Shown here: positions 9,878 to 23,000 of the stretch, piece after piece
Position numbering within the stretch: position 1 is the first letter of the stretch
Layout: each line of letters begins with the position of its first letter
Source of the DNA: Thecamonas trahens ATCC 50062
Taxonomy: Eukaryota; Protista; Apusomonadida
DNA: 63,575 nucleotides
Assembly (NCBI RefSeq): GCF_000142905.1
Contig: NW_013657676.1
Coordinates: 124,426-188,000, forward strand
Direction of reading: 5' to 3'
Made by a program: the position numbers and the translations under genes
Notes under the pieces: model-generated
The model's input: the letters and a program-made list of their open reading frames with translations, nothing else
Told to the model about the DNA's origin: nothing
Databases searched by the model: none

Positions 9878-11554
9878 TTGAGGTTACATCGCAGGTGACA
9901 GACCTTCGTAGAGCCGTCAAGGTACGCACCCCTGCCATGCCCCTCCCCCTTCCCACCCAACCCCTCCTCGGCCCGCCCAAATAACGGCCGCTCTCGACTG
10001 ACGCACTCCCGCCCCACCCCGCAGCGGCTTCGCCGAGACGCATCGCAGACGTACGAGCTCGAGTATGAGACGCAAAAGACCTTTGAGCACCTCGCCGGAC
10101 AGGTCGAGACCATCCGCTCCGCGCTGGCCTCGGTGGCCTCGGTCGTCGAGGACGAGTTTACTGCTGTCCGCTCCGAGCTCGACCAGTCGTCGTCCGAGAT
10201 CGGCTCGCACCTCGCCCGCAACGCCGCTGCGCTCAAGAGCATCCAGGTTGCGGCGGCGTCAAACAAGGATACCCAAGGCGCGACAAATGGCCAGATCTTT
10301 GACAAGATCGCCGCCCTTGCTGCCGAGACCGGTCGTGTCGACTCGGCCGTCGCCGCCGTCGCCGCTCGCGTCTCCAACATCGAGGACTCGGCCCGGCTCG
10401 AGTCGCACACCATCCGCGGCCTCATCCGCGACAATCAGACGAGCATCGAGCTCGTGGCGCTGCAAACCAAGGAGGATGCCGAGCGCGCAGCCTCGCTCCG
10501 ATCAGAGATCACCGCCGTCGCCGCCGCGCAGTCGCAGCTGCAGTCGACCGTCGCCAACTCGGCTGCTGCTGTCGCTCGCCTCGAGTCCAACATCTCGTCG
10601 CTCACCTCACAGGTTGCCTCGCTTCAGACCACCCTTGCCTCGGTCGCCCAGTCGGCGTCCGATGCCCAGGCGACAGCCAACGCCAACACCACGGCCATGA
10701 CCCTTGGCACCTCGTCGGCCGGCGGCGTCGACGCCTACCACACCGTCTACGCCCATACCGATGCCTCGTCACCGGTCATGGCCAACGTTCAGTCGGAGCT
10801 CGCCCAGCTCCGCGACATGGTCCAATCCTACCGCGACGAGGCCGCCACCGCATCGTCGGCTCTTGCCCAGGACGTCCACACCCTCGCCGATGAGGCCTCG
10901 TCCATGAAGCTCGGCTTCAACTCGGCCATGGAGACCATGTACGAGCGCCTTCGCTCGTACGTCATGACTGTCGAAAAGTCCGCTGCTACCCAGACCGCAA
11001 AGACCGCGTCGGGTCTCGCTGCCCTCGACGACAAGGTCTCGGCCCTCTCCTCAAAGTCGGCCCGTGACCTCGATCGCGCTCTTGACGCTCTCCGCGAGAC
11101 TCAGTCCGAGTTCAAGGCCACCATCCGCACCGATCTCGATGCTCTCACCTCCGAGTCGCGCAAGCTCCGCTCCTCTGTCCGCCTCGTCGAGTCGGCTGTC
11201 CAGGAGACCGGCGCCAAGGCCACCGCCACCGCCGAGGCCCTTGCCTCGGTCGCCGGCCAGGTCGACCACGTCGAAGCAGAGGCTCGTGCTCTCAAGTCGC
11301 ACTCTCAGCTCCTCGAGTCGCAGATGCTCTCGCACCGCTCCGACGTCCAGCATGCCATCGACTCACAGAAGCGCGAGACCATGGATCGCGTCGCCCGCGC
11401 CTCGCTCCGCGCCTCCGATCGCGACCGCGCTCGCGCCCGTGAGCGCGAGCTCGAGGACCAGTTCATGCTCTCGCTCCGCTCGCCGCTCTCCACAAAGGCC
11501 TCAACTGCCCGCCACTCTATCGTCGACGAGCACGCCTTCCTCGACGACCTGTAG
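9878..11554 (+). CDS. Long coiled-coil protein (intron 9922-10024; 5' end uncertain)
   Basis: Heptad-rich Ala/Ser/Leu ORF; GTACGC donor, ACTGAC branch-like site and GCAG acceptor keep the frame (..RRAVK|RLRRDASQTY..). Confidence 0.7.
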
Positions 11555-11593
11555 TCGTTGCAGCAAACGCTCCCGCCCATACACCTTTTTCCT

Positions 11594-12658
11594 TTACACT
11601 GCATTCTCTTCCATGGCAGCCATCAGCGGGTCTGGCCGCGACGACCGCTCTTCAGGGCTCGACCGCTTCCGCGCCGACGCAAGGCAGACGTTGAGCGCGA
11701 GGCAAAAGCCGCTCACCGAAGCAAGCACAATGATGGCCCGAGTGATCTTGGTCGAGTTAAAGCCAAGCGTCTTGACGTGCCGCGGCGCCGGCTTGGTCAC
11801 CGCGGGCGTCGGATCGTACCGCTTCAGCTCCAGCGCGTCGAGGAGGAGGACTCGCGGGCACGAGTCGGCCGACACGTCGCGCAGCGTGATCGTCGAGCAG
11901 TCACTGCTCCATGTGACGTCGTACGAGCCGGAATCGGTGTAGTTGCACGTCGCAAACGACGAGCCCGGAGTCGGTGCCGCCACATCGCGCACCGTCATGG
12001 TCGACACGTCCGACGAGAACGATGTGTGCATCAGATACAGCCCGTTGGTCGATCCGTTGAGCGTCGTCGCTCCGCCGGGGCCAAGCACCAGTGTCACCGC
12101 CTCGCCAAACGCAGTGCCAACAAACGTGTCTCCCAGCGCCAGCGAGCACGCCGCCCCAGGCGAAGGGCTCGGCGCACTCGCCGTCGGCTTGTTGAACCGC
12201 AGCGTCAGCGCCTCGCCGCGCGCCGCGCACTCGTCCGCAGACAGCACCACCCGGAACCACGAGCAGTCATCACCAGACGAGAGCGTCGAGTAGTTGCCAC
12301 TCGCGCCAACCGCACAATCCATCCCAACTCCGGCAGGCGTAGGTGAGCCACTCGCGCCCTGGATCGCCGCAAGGTGCTCGAGCTCAAAGTCGGCCGGTGC
12401 CGAGGCCGACGGCGTCGCCTTCATAAACGCGACAGAGCCCGTTGTCCCGGCATGCAGCATCCACACATCCATCCCGGCAGTCACAAGCGTCATGGCCTCG
12501 CCTTGGAACACCCCTTGTCCCAGCCCTGTGTACACCGAGCCCAGCACGGCCGTCACCCCGCACACCGGTGGCGACGGCGGCGCATTCTGCCCCACCGCCA
12601 ATGATGCCACCACCGCCACCACCAGCACTGCAGCCGTAGTAAGCTGCCTACTCCACAT
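11594..12658 (-). CDS. Cys-rich single-pass membrane protein of unknown function
   Basis: Signal peptide (AAVLVVAVVASLAVG), Cys-containing ectodomain, TM AIIVLASVSGFCLALNVCL, short tail. Confidence 0.7.
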   Translation of the reverse strand: MWSRQLTTAAVLVVAVVASLAVGQNAPPSPPVCGVTAVLGSVYTGLGQGVFQGEAMTLVTAGMDVWMLHAGTTGSVAFMKATPSASAPADFELEHLAAIQGASGSPTPAGVGMDCAVGASGNYSTLSSGDDCSWFRVVLSADECAARGEALTLRFNKPTASAPSPSPGAACSLALGDTFVGTAFGEAVTLVLGPGGATTLNGSTNGLYLMHTSFSSDVSTMTVRDVAAPTPGSSFATCNYTDSGSYDVTWSSDCSTITLRDVSADSCPRVLLLDALELKRYDPTPAVTKPAPRHVKTLGFNSTKITRAIIVLASVSGFCLALNVCLASARKRSSPEERSSRPDPLMAAMEENAV

Positions 12659-13131
12659 CCTGTTTGGCCTCCTCATCCCCCCCCACAAAAGTAAGTCCCT
12701 GCCTACCCGTCTGCCCTGCTTCTACCACGCCATGCCATGCCTGCTCGTAGGCCGGTGCTGGTGGTTGGTGGTTGGTGGTTGGCGGTGGCACCCGCCCCTC
12801 CCCGCCCGCCCACCCTCCCCCAGCCATGCCTCCTCCACACACTGTCTCCCCCTCCACCCCATCCCCTTGCCCCCATCCCATCACATCCTACACTACCCTC
12901 ATTCCCTTCCCGCCTAAACGAGCCCACTTCCCCAACCCCCGCCCCCCCATGCCCCACGCCGCCACCCGCCCATCGATTCGTACTTGTTGCGCGCCACTGA
13001 AATTTAGTCGTCCAGGGCGAGAGGTGGTGCCAGTTTTAACTACGCTCGCCCTCCCCCTTCCTCTCTGCCCTCAGAGGCTCGCCTGGCATCGCTCACCAAA
13101 AGTCACAGCGATGTGAGCATCTGTCGCTTCA

Positions 13132-16100
13132 CTATTCTGTGCTAGAATTCCTGTCGATGACTTGTATCAGTGCCAGCAGGCGCCGTTGGACAGACGCGAG
13201 GTCTCGCTGGATGGCATGGAGGCCCTCGTGCTTGTCCTTGACCACCACAGGCGTTGCCACGCGCGGAAGATACGAGACCGCCATGGCATGGAGCGATGGC
13301 ACGCCTGAAATTCCACTCCCGCCGCCGACCATCGACCCGACCGGCGACGATATGTCTGCCACGTCCCCTCCGCTGTACGAGTCGCCGTCGACAAGCTCGT
13401 CGTCCTCGTCCGCGGCGTCGTCGAGTGCCATCTCCAGCGGCACCGCCCGCAGCACCGGTGAAGAGCGTTGAACAACCAGGTGGTCATGATTGACAAAGGT
13501 GGCATTGAGCGAGCTACCGATGGAGCCGCGGAGAAGTGACGCCCGCGACGCGCCTTGCTCGATCCCGACCGCGCTCGAAACGAGCTCATCCAAGCCTATT
13601 GGCGCCGCCAAGTCGCTCAGCCGCAGCGTTGGCGACGCGGGCTCGGCCTTGACCGCCAACGCTGGCGCGTCGCTCCCACGGATGACAAGCTCCGCTACGC
13701 CCGGCGTGCCAAGCTCAGACATGGTCGGCGAGAGCAGGAGCGGGCCCGAGCAGCCAAACCGACCGAGCGTCCGCAGCGGATGCATGTCCACAATCGCGCC
13801 CGATGCCGCAGCGTACACCGCCACGTAAGTGGCGTGATAAGCCACAATCACCTCCATCTCCTTGTCATACGCAAGATGCAGCGGCGCAGAGCCAAACTTG
13901 AGTGTGGAGTTCGTGTCGACAACTCCGGTGGCCGAGACAAACAGCGCGTGACTCGAAAACGCCAGCAGAGCCCGGCCCTCGGGTAAACCGCTAAACGCCG
14001 CCACCGCCTGCTCGCCGTCGCGCTGTAGCAGGGTCTTGGGCACAAACTCGCGCTGCGCCAGCTCCCACGACCAGAACGAGAACGTTGCCACATCGTCGCT
14101 GGCACTTGCCTCGGCATCGCAACCCTCGCCGCCTGGCTTGCTCAGCGGCCGCGCCGAGAGGCCAACCAGGACCCCGGATCGTGTGGGCATGAGCGCCGTC
14201 ACCACTCCGTCGACATGCAGTGTCTCCAGCCGGAATATCTCGCCCGACTCGGGTTCACGCGCAAAAATCGAAATGGCGTTGCCCTGCTTCCGCGTCCGTG
14301 CCGCCACAAACACCATGACCACTCCGTCGACCTCGCCGAGCCGCACTAGCGTCGGCGATTGCACAGGCACGTACATGGTCGACGACTGCAGGCCAGCAAG
14401 GAGGTCCACCAGCGGAAACGCAAGCACAGCCGCCCGCCGCCCGCCCGTTCGCACCACAAGCAAGTCAGCCTCTTCCGACACCAGAATCTGCTCGATGAAC
14501 ACAAGGTCCAACACCTTGGTCACCGACCGCGTCCCGAGCACGTTGACAAACAGGCCCTTGGCAGACGCAAACAGCACGCGCTTCACGCGCTCGCCCCTAC
14601 GCCCCACCACGCTTGAGAGGCACCGCACAAAAAACGGAAACTCGGTGAGCAGCGGGTGGGCCTCCACAATCCGGTTGGGAAGCTCTGCCGCCGCCAGCGC
14701 CCCGAGCATCGAGCATGCCACATCGCCCGGCTTCACCACACTCAGTGCATGGGTGGACTGGCCCGACCGCGTCAGCCGCGGCAGCTTGTGGGCCAGCATC
14801 CGCTCGACAAGCGGCCCAGCGTCGTGGTCGGCACGCAACGCATCGAGCATCGAGTCGAGATAGTTGGCCCGTGTCCGCGCCGCCCGGATGGCAAACTCGG
14901 TCGAGACAAACGTCGCTGTCTCGCCGTTGATGGCCTTGGTGAGCAGCAGTGTTGCAAAGTCCTCTGTCTTGGCGTACACCTGCGAGGTAGCGAGCAGCGG
15001 CACAAACGGTTGCACTCCCTTTTTGCGCACCACCGTCAGCCGGTAGCCGTTGCAAGCCACGTCGTGATGGACAACCAAGACCACGTTAGTGTACTGCGAT
15101 GTCATACGGTCGACGTGAAACGGCGTGCTCCCGTCCACAAACACAATGACCACAATGTCGTTGCCTATAAACCGCTTCCGCTGGATGTGCTGCGCATCGG
15201 TTGCATCATACTGCAGCTCCGTCGAGACGTGGAACATTATGTCGTAGCCAGCAAAGCCGGCCCGGTAGTACGAATGCGTGCCCGAGCCATCGTTGGTCGT
15301 GTCCAGCTGCGCTGCATACCCGTCAAAGCCCTTGAGTCGGACTCGCGTGCCCAGGAGCTCGAGGAACTCGCGCTCGGCTGCGGTCGCATCGCAATTGGCG
15401 TACATCTCGTTCTCCAACGTCTGACCCTCGCGCGCAATCAGCACTCCAATCTTCACCCGCTTCGCCGCCGCATCCGACGCCTCCAACGTTTGCAGTGTGG
15501 AGAGGCCGGCAGCCGCCGACGGCGGTACCCGCGCAAAGTACGGTGCAATAGCCGCAAGCTCCGGACGAACTGCTCCAAGCACCGCGTCAAACGGCAGTAC
15601 CTCTGGCGACTCGTCCTCAAACGTGTGGCGCGAGATCTGGGTCTTGGAGAAGACAGCCACCCAGTACACGTGTCCAAACAGCGGCAGCGCCTCCGCTACC
15701 ACCGCCACCGCCAGCACGCCTTCAGTGGCTGACGAGTACACAAAGACATCTGGCGTCCGCGCCGGCGTAGCCCGAACCGCTCCGGTCACCCACCGCATCA
15801 ACTCGTGCGGATTCTCCAGTACATGTAGCAGCTGGCCAGGCTTTTCGCCCGCGTCACTGACCTCAAACCGCGGCTCGGCTTCAAACTCGCGTGGGAGAAC
15901 AACCTCGTCCACGTCCATCTGCCGTGCCGCAAGCAGTGTGTCCAACGTGATGCGGCGGGTGTCGCGGCCCGGAGGAATCGCCGCAAACACCAGCTCGATG
16001 TGGCCCGACACCGCCTCCGAGGCAAAGCCTCGCTGCGCGAGCGCAAGCACTGCGTGCCGCGGCTTGGCGTGCCGCAGTGCCGCAGCTACAGGCAGCATCG

Positions 16101-16677
16101 CCTCGCCCATAAAGTCCGACCGCCCGATCCGGTCCTTGTCAAAGACCCGAAAGACAAGCACGTCGCTGGCGTCGACGAGCGGGAGCTCGAACCGTGCCTG
16201 TCGCCATGTCGGATTCAGATTCCGCCACGCCACGTCAGTGTAGACCGGCTTGCCATACGCGGCCGCATCCAGTGCTGCCGCGTCTGCCGATCGCGAACTT
16301 GGCGCCGTACCAGGCGGCCATGCCCCGGCCGGCACGCACCACACGCCCACAAAAGGATCCGACGTGCCGGTCTTGTCCTTGGGTGCCAGCGCCGTCCCGC
16401 ACAGCAGCTGCACCACAATCGTCCCGTTGGCCACCTCTCCAAGCCGGCTTGCGCTCCCCAGGCACATGCTCTCTCCTCCGAGCCCGCCGAGCCCATCGTC
16501 CGCCCCGCCGCTTGACGACCGTCCTCGACTGCGCCCGCCGGCACCGTTCCCGCCGCTTCCGCCCCCATCGCCGGCAGCATCCACCGGCGACGCCGACCGC
16601 GTCACCACCAGCGTCCGCAGCTGCGACTCGGACACCGCTTTGCGCAGAGACTTGAGCTGTCGCGGGTGCCGCAGCAT
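13132..16677 (-). CDS. C2 + RapGAP + CNH-like domain protein (GARNL3-like with an added C2)
   Basis: C2 (KDKTGTSDPFV, VFDKDRIGRSDFMG); RapGAP (KIGVL, IMFHVST, RKRFIGNDIV); beta-rich C-terminal region; ATG at 16677. Confidence 0.85.
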   Translation of the reverse strand: MLRHPRQLKSLRKAVSESQLRTLVVTRSASPVDAAGDGGGSGGNGAGGRSRGRSSSGGADDGLGGLGGESMCLGSASRLGEVANGTIVVQLLCGTALAPKDKTGTSDPFVGVWCVPAGAWPPGTAPSSRSADAAALDAAAYGKPVYTDVAWRNLNPTWRQARFELPLVDASDVLVFRVFDKDRIGRSDFMGEAMLPVAAALRHAKPRHAVLALAQRGFASEAVSGHIELVFAAIPPGRDTRRITLDTLLAARQMDVDEVVLPREFEAEPRFEVSDAGEKPGQLLHVLENPHELMRWVTGAVRATPARTPDVFVYSSATEGVLAVAVVAEALPLFGHVYWVAVFSKTQISRHTFEDESPEVLPFDAVLGAVRPELAAIAPYFARVPPSAAAGLSTLQTLEASDAAAKRVKIGVLIAREGQTLENEMYANCDATAAEREFLELLGTRVRLKGFDGYAAQLDTTNDGSGTHSYYRAGFAGYDIMFHVSTELQYDATDAQHIQRKRFIGNDIVVIVFVDGSTPFHVDRMTSQYTNVVLVVHHDVACNGYRLTVVRKKGVQPFVPLLATSQVYAKTEDFATLLLTKAINGETATFVSTEFAIRAARTRANYLDSMLDALRADHDAGPLVERMLAHKLPRLTRSGQSTHALSVVKPGDVACSMLGALAAAELPNRIVEAHPLLTEFPFFVRCLSSVVGRRGERVKRVLFASAKGLFVNVLGTRSVTKVLDLVFIEQILVSEEADLLVVRTGGRRAAVLAFPLVDLLAGLQSSTMYVPVQSPTLVRLGEVDGVVMVFVAARTRKQGNAISIFAREPESGEIFRLETLHVDGVVTALMPTRSGVLVGLSARPLSKPGGEGCDAEASASDDVATFSFWSWELAQREFVPKTLLQRDGEQAVAAFSGLPEGRALLAFSSHALFVSATGVVDTNSTLKFGSAPLHLAYDKEMEVIVAYHATYVAVYAAASGAIVDMHPLRTLGRFGCSGPLLLSPTMSELGTPGVAELVIRGSDAPALAVKAEPASPTLRLSDLAAPIGLDELVSSAVGIEQGASRASLLRGSIGSSLNATFVNHDHLVVQRSSPVLRAVPLEMALDDAADEDDELVDGDSYSGGDVADISSPVGSMVGGGSGISGVPSLHAMAVSYLPRVATPVVVKDKHEGLHAIQRDLASVQRRLLALIQVIDRNSSTE

Positions 16678-17050
16678 TACCTCTACAAGCCCAAGTTGAG
16701 TGTGGCGCCCGCGCCCGCACTCCCGGCAAGTGTCCGATCGAGCGCCAGGTGGACTGCTCCCGGCCGGCCGACAGGAAAAGGCCGTCAAACCCGAAGCTTC
16801 CTCCCTTCCAAACAAACGCGGGCAGAGCCACCTCACCTCACCTTGACACACCACCGACCAGGACCCATCCCGACTCCTCCCTTCCTCGGTCTGAAGCCAT
16901 ACACACCTACATTCCGCTCTGTGTAGCCTCCCTATCTCTCCCTCCTCCCTTTCGTTCTCGGTCTCTTCCCCCTCGGACGTGTGAACGTGGCGCTGCGTCA
17001 GGACATTTGGCGCGCCCCAGCAAAAATTCAAGTTTTCGGACAGCACCACC

Positions 17051-20000
17051 ATGGCCGCGTCCGACCTTGAGAGCTCGCTGAGTGCGAGCAAGTGGTCAAC
17101 CCGCCGCGACGCATACGCGGAGCTTGCTAAGGCGTTTGAGGCCGCTGCCGATGACTCGGATCCGGTTTACAGCCAGTTTGCACCCGCGCTGGTCAAGGCT
17201 GTGGCCGACTCGAACGAGATGGCGCGCAAGGAGGGCGTGAACGCCGCAGCCGCCTTCTTCCGTACCGCAGGGCTTGCAGTGGCCCGTGGCTACGCCGCAG
17301 ACATCACTGCAGGCATTGTTTCCACCGCATTCAAGTCGAAGCGCTGTGTCGAGCCTGCCAAGTCTGCTCTCCTCGACGCCCTCACCGCTGGGCCCGAGGT
17401 CCTCGAGGCTGTCGTCGAGATTGTCCTCACCAAGGGCTTTACCCACAAGACACCCAAGGTTGTCGAGGCCGCCGTTATTGCGGTCAAGGACGCCGTGCTC
17501 GCCTTTGGCCGCGTCACCTTTGCCATCGGCGACATCCTCAAGGCCGTTGCGCCGCTCTTCTCGCACGCCGCTCGCCCGGTCCGCAAGGAGGCGCTCGAGC
17601 TCGCGGCCTCGCTCAAGCGGGTCGTCGGCCCTGCCATCCAGCGCGTGCTCAACAACTCGCTTCGCCAGGCTCAGCTCGACGAAGTCGAGGCCTTTCTAGC
17701 CGAGCGCCCTGCCGCAGCTCCGGCGCCTTGCATGTTCTTTCGCGGCCAGGAGCCGCCACCGGCCGCTCTTGCTCCTGCCGCGGCGGCCGTGTCAGCGACA
17801 GCTGGCGCCGCTCCCATTGGCGCCGCTTCCGCTCCCGTGCCTGCTACCGCTGTCACTCCGACGCCGGTCGTTCTGGAAGAGGCCGTCGACATCATGGCCG
17901 CGTTTCCGGCCGATCCTGTGGCGCCGCTCGACGCGCCCAAGTGGAAAGACCGCAAGGACGCCCTCGAGGGCTACATCAAGATCCTCGAGGGCGCCGGCCG
18001 GTACGACGAGTCGGGTCATTACGGCCCGCTGCTCGAAAAATGTGCGAGCCTCGTTGCAGCCGACAAGAACGTGTTTGTTGTCGCCAAGGCTGCCAACGTC
18101 ATAGAGCTTGTCGCTGCTGGCCTGGCTACCACGCCCAATGCCATTCGCTGCTACGCCACTGGGCTCCTCCGCCCGCTCCTTGCTCGCTCCAAGGAGAAGA
18201 AGGCTTCGGTCCGCGCCGCGCTCGACGGCGCGCTCGCCACGCTCGCCGGCTCCCTCACCATCGAGGAGACCGTGCTTGAGATTCTTGTCGAGTCTGCTGG
18301 CGACAAGAACCCCAACGTCGGCATGGCTGTCGCCAAAACTATTGCTGCTGGCATGTCACGAGGAGCCTCGCTCCCGCCTCCGTCGCTTAAGCCGACGCTG
18401 GAGGCTCTTCGCGGCCTGACCGAGGCCCGCGATTCTGCTGTTCGTGACACCGCCAACGCCGCCGTCGCCGCCATTGTTCTGGCTCTCCCTGATCGCGCCA
18501 CCCGCGGCTTCCTCGACTCGCTCAAGCCGGCTCGCAAGGACGCGATCCTTGCTCTCAACGCCGCAGCTTCGGCTCCCGCTCCCGCTCCCGCTCCCGCTCC
18601 CGCAGCTGCTGCAGCTCCAGCGGTGCGGGCCCGCCCTGCAGCTGCAGCCGCGTCGTCAACGGCAGTGCCGGCTGCGGCGCCACGTGTTGCGGCAGCGCCG
18701 GCTGCAGCCCCTGTCGTCGCCCCGTATGAGGTTGTGTCTGTGGAGATGTCGAACCCGCTCCCGCCCGAGCTGGCCATTGCCCGGGCCGAGGGCCTTGTGC
18801 CTGGCGCTATCCTCACCCAGCTCGCGGCCAAGGGATGGAAGGAGCGCAAGGCCGGGATGGAAGCACTCCGCGGCTTTGTTGAAGGTCTCGGCTCGCCGAT
18901 CGACGGCGAGACCGGCGAGGCACTGGTGCGCTTGATGGCAAAGAACCCCTCGTTCTCGGACTCGAACTTCCAGGTTGTGACCGCCATGGCTAACCTCGTC
19001 GGCTACATTGCCACAGAGTGCCTCGCCTTCAACAAGTCTGCAGGCTCGGCGGTGGTCGCTGGCCTCACTTCAAAGCTCGGCGACCGCAAGCTGACCAAGC
19101 CTGCCGAGGACGCGTTGCTCAACCTGGCCGAGGCGCTCTCGCTCGACTTTGTCTTTGCTCTCATGCACAAGGCCATGCCGTCGCTGAAGTCGCCCAAGAT
19201 TCAGGAGGCGGCCTTGGTGTGGATGGCCGCGGCGGTGACCGAGTTTGGCGGAGCGCGGACGATCCGTGTCAAGGACACGGTGGCATTCATCAAGTCAATG
19301 CTCAAGTCCTCGAACGCCAAAGTTCGCGCTGCTGCGGTGGCGCTTATCGGCTCGCTAGCGCCGACCGCCGGGAAGTCGATCGGCCTCATGTTCGCCGATG
19401 TCAAGCCTTCATTGCAGGCGTCGATTGCCGACTCGGTCGCCACCGGTGTCGCAACAACCGCCCCGCTCCCGGTCCGGTTCTACCGGCGTGAGCCGCCGCC
19501 GGTGCCGATGCCAAGTGCGGCCCCGGCTGCGGTTGCGGTTGGCGGTGGTGCTGCTTGCGCTGCTGCGGCTGGCGATTCTGCCCGGGCGAGCAGCCCTCCG
19601 GTGCTGGCTGCAGTGCCGGGCGTGCTTGGCGAGGCGCCGGTCGAAGACGAGTACATGCCGCGAGTCGACATTGCGAGCAAGATCAAGGAGTCTGTCCTCA
19701 AGGCGATGGGCGACAAGTCGTGGAAGACCCGGAAAGAGGCGATGGAGACTGTGGCCAAGGAGGTCAAGGCATCTGGCTCGCACATTGTGGCCAACGTCGA
19801 CTCCATCATGGGCGCCCTCAAGGGCCGCTTCGCCGACGCCAACAAGAACCTCACCATTGTGGCTGCTGATCTCATGGCCGAGCTCTTTGCCGCCATGGGC
19901 CGCAACGGCGGCAAGTACGCGCGGCTGGGGACCGCATGCGCGGCGAAGCTGTTTGCCGACAAGAAGACGACGGTCCGCGCCGCGGCCGGACGGCTCCTGG

Positions 20001-23000
20001 CCGCCATTGTCGAGGTGGCTGGCATCGAGGAGTGCCTGCCGGTTCTCTCTGGCGCACTTGCGGACGCGAACATGACCGCTGCCCTCGAGAGCGCGTCATT
20101 TCTTGTGCAGTACCTGCCTGCGCTGGAGCACCCGTCGGTCGACGCGTGGCCGCTGGCTCCGGGCTTGGTCAAGGCCTGCCTCGCGCGCGATCCCAAGGTT
20201 CGCAAGCACACCGAAGCCATGCTGGCCACGATGGTGCCGCGCTACTCGTTTGGCAAGTTCAAGGGCCTAACCGAGAAGCTCAAGAAGGCTGACAAGATCT
20301 CTGTCATGGCCATGCTTACCCCGTTCCAGGGTGTTAAGCCGAGCTCGAGCGCACCGGCAAGCGCGCCGCCTCCGGCCAAGGCCGCCGCGCCGGCGTCGAG
20401 CCATGGACACAAAAAATCGACCAAGGCTCCCAAGCGCGCCAAGTCGCGCAAGCCGGGAACTCGCAAGAAGAGCATGAAGCGACCGGCGACGTCCGCTGGA
20501 GCCAAGGCCAGCGGCGCGAGTGGAAGCAAGGCCAACTCGGCGCTGTTTGTGGGGACTGCCGGGCGGATGGCAAGCCGCGCCAAGAAGAACCGGTCGCGCA
20601 AGTGGGTGGTCGCCAATCGGTCTGTGCCGGAGCTCGTCGAGCGGCTGCAGGAGGAGTCAATGGATGCTGTGGCGCCTGCGCTGCTGGATCTGTGGCTTGC
20701 TTCGGACTTTAACTCGCACAACAAGGCCTTTGCACTCATGGAGGGCGCGCTGGCCAACGAGTTTGAGGCACTCATGGCTAACCTCGATCTCGCTCTCCGC
20801 TGGGTCTCACTCCGACTCGGTAACTCAAACACCTCGGTGACGCTCAAGGCGCTCTCGTTTGTTGAGGCGCTCTTTGGTAAGCTGGAGACGATTGGCAAGC
20901 GGCTGGACGAGTTTTCCGCCTCAGTCTTTCTCCCTTCGCTCGTCGAAATGCTGGGCGACTCGAAGGATCCGATCCGGGCGACAACGCGCGGTCTCTTCCG
21001 CACACTGCGTCACATCTACCCGGCGTCGCGCATCTTTGCGCTTGTCTTTGCGGGAACCAAGAGCAAGAACTGGCGGCTGCGGGTCGAGGCCATCGACGAG
21101 CTCGGCCGACTCATCTCGGCGAACGGGCTCGACGTTTGCAACGTGAGCAAGGTTTTCCCCGCCCTCGGTGCCCGCCTTGCCGAGTCGGACGCCAACGTTC
21201 GCGAGGCTGCAATCTCTGTCTTTATGGCAACGTACGCCATGGTTGGTGACAAGCTCTTTGCCATGCTCGGCAAGAAGCTCCCGCGGGCCTCGACCGAGCT
21301 GCTCAAGGAGCGGATCAAGCATTCGGGTGTGGCTGCGCCAGAGCCGGAGGTTGTCGAGGCCGAGCCAGTGCTGGTCAAGGCCAAGCCTTCTGTCGCCCCT
21401 GCTGTCGCCCCAGCTGTCGAGCCCGCTGTCGCTCCTGTCGTCGCCCATGCTGACGCCCCTGCTGCCGAGCCCGTGACAAAGCCCGAAGCTGAAGCCACGA
21501 CTGCAGTCACAACCCAGGCTGAAGTCGCGGCTGAGGCTGAGCAGTCGATTGTGGCCAAGGTCGAGGCGGAACTGAAGAAGGGGACCGAAGCTGGCGCCGT
21601 GGCGGCGGTGGAGGCGCTTTTGGATGCGCTGGAGAACTCGGTGGATGTCATTGAGCCCCATATCGACGTTATCGTGGCTAACCTGGTGCTCCAGCTGCAC
21701 TTTGCCATCCAGCCGCTCCAGGTCCGACACGCCAAGCACGTGCTCCATGGCTTGATGCAGGTCTTCTCCAAGTCAAGCCTGGTGCTGCGGCTGTCATCTG
21801 CGACGCTTCAGCAGGTTCTGCACGAGCTGGTGGTGCGGCTCATCGACGAGCCGCTGAAGGCGTCCGAGGAGGGCAAGTCGATCCACCTCGGGCTCAACAT
21901 GCTCATGCTCAACGTCATGTCGTCGTGCGCACGGACGCCGGTGGTGGTGCTTCTGCTCGGGGCGCTCGAGGCGAACCTGTTCCGGACTGCGGCCGGTTCG
22001 TACGCGCCCGACGCCTACGTCGAGCTGGTGTGCAAGTCGCTGCTGCGTCAGGCGCGGTCGCTCAAGGGCGTCGACTGGGCCGAGGTGACCGGCGCCATGG
22101 CGCGGCTCTTCACGACCCATCCGCGCAGCAAGTGGGATGACACCGAGGCGGCAGCGCCGCTGAAAGTGCTCAAGATCATTGTGATGGAACTTGTGCGCGA
22201 GCGCGGAGCGGATGCGGCGCGCGAGTACGTCCACAACGGTTCAACGCTCGCGGGCGCCGACTTTGTGCTCGAGCTCATCGAGTCGATCGCCATGGCGTCT
22301 TCGAGCGCCGCGCCGACGCCGGTGGTCGAAACGCCGCAGGCGGCAGCGCCTGCACTGACGCCGGCGCCCGCGGCGGTGCCGGCGGCGACTGCATCGGCGA
22401 CGTCGCCTGTTCTCGCCTCCCGTGGCCAGGTGGCGTCGTCGAAGAAGAAGTCGTCGTCGGGCTCTCGCCTCCGCAAGTCATTCAAGAAGTCGCTGAAGAA
22501 GAAGTCACTCAAGCGGCCAAGCACGTCGCGAAAGAAGTCGACCAAGTCGGGCCTGCGCGAGCCTAAGGCGCGCTCCTCAATCAAGAAGCCGGCACGGTCG
22601 GTCCGCGCGGAGCCGCAGACGCCGACGTCACCCAAGGCGTCGCGCAAGCGCAACTCGTTCGGATCAACCACGCCTGAGGCTCGCCGCTCGCTCCTCTCGA
22701 TTGTCAAGAAGCTGAGCGGCGATGACGCCGAGACCCGCGAGGCATTCCGCCAGCTCGCCGACTTTCAGGTCAAGTACGCCGACTTTGACCTCGAGCCGTT
22801 CCTTGCGACAAAGTCGGAGACCTTCCGTGCGTTTGTGGCCAACGGACTCGCGCAGGTCGAGCTCGAGCGGAAGAACCCTGAGGTTGCGGCGGCGGCAGTG
22901 GCGGCGGCAGCTGCGCCGGCAGCGGTGCCTGCCCCGGTCGCTCCTCGCGCCAACGTCAGTGCCGAGGCCAAGGCCGCACCCGGTGATGCAGCACCAGCGG

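Noticed and set aside
8994-9984. ORFs running through N gaps
   Set aside because: Artefacts of translating Ns
16678-17091. Apparent overlap of the RapGAP ORF with the XMAP215 start
   Set aside because: The extension begins at a non-ATG codon; the likely start is ATG 16677, leaving a normal divergent intergenic region
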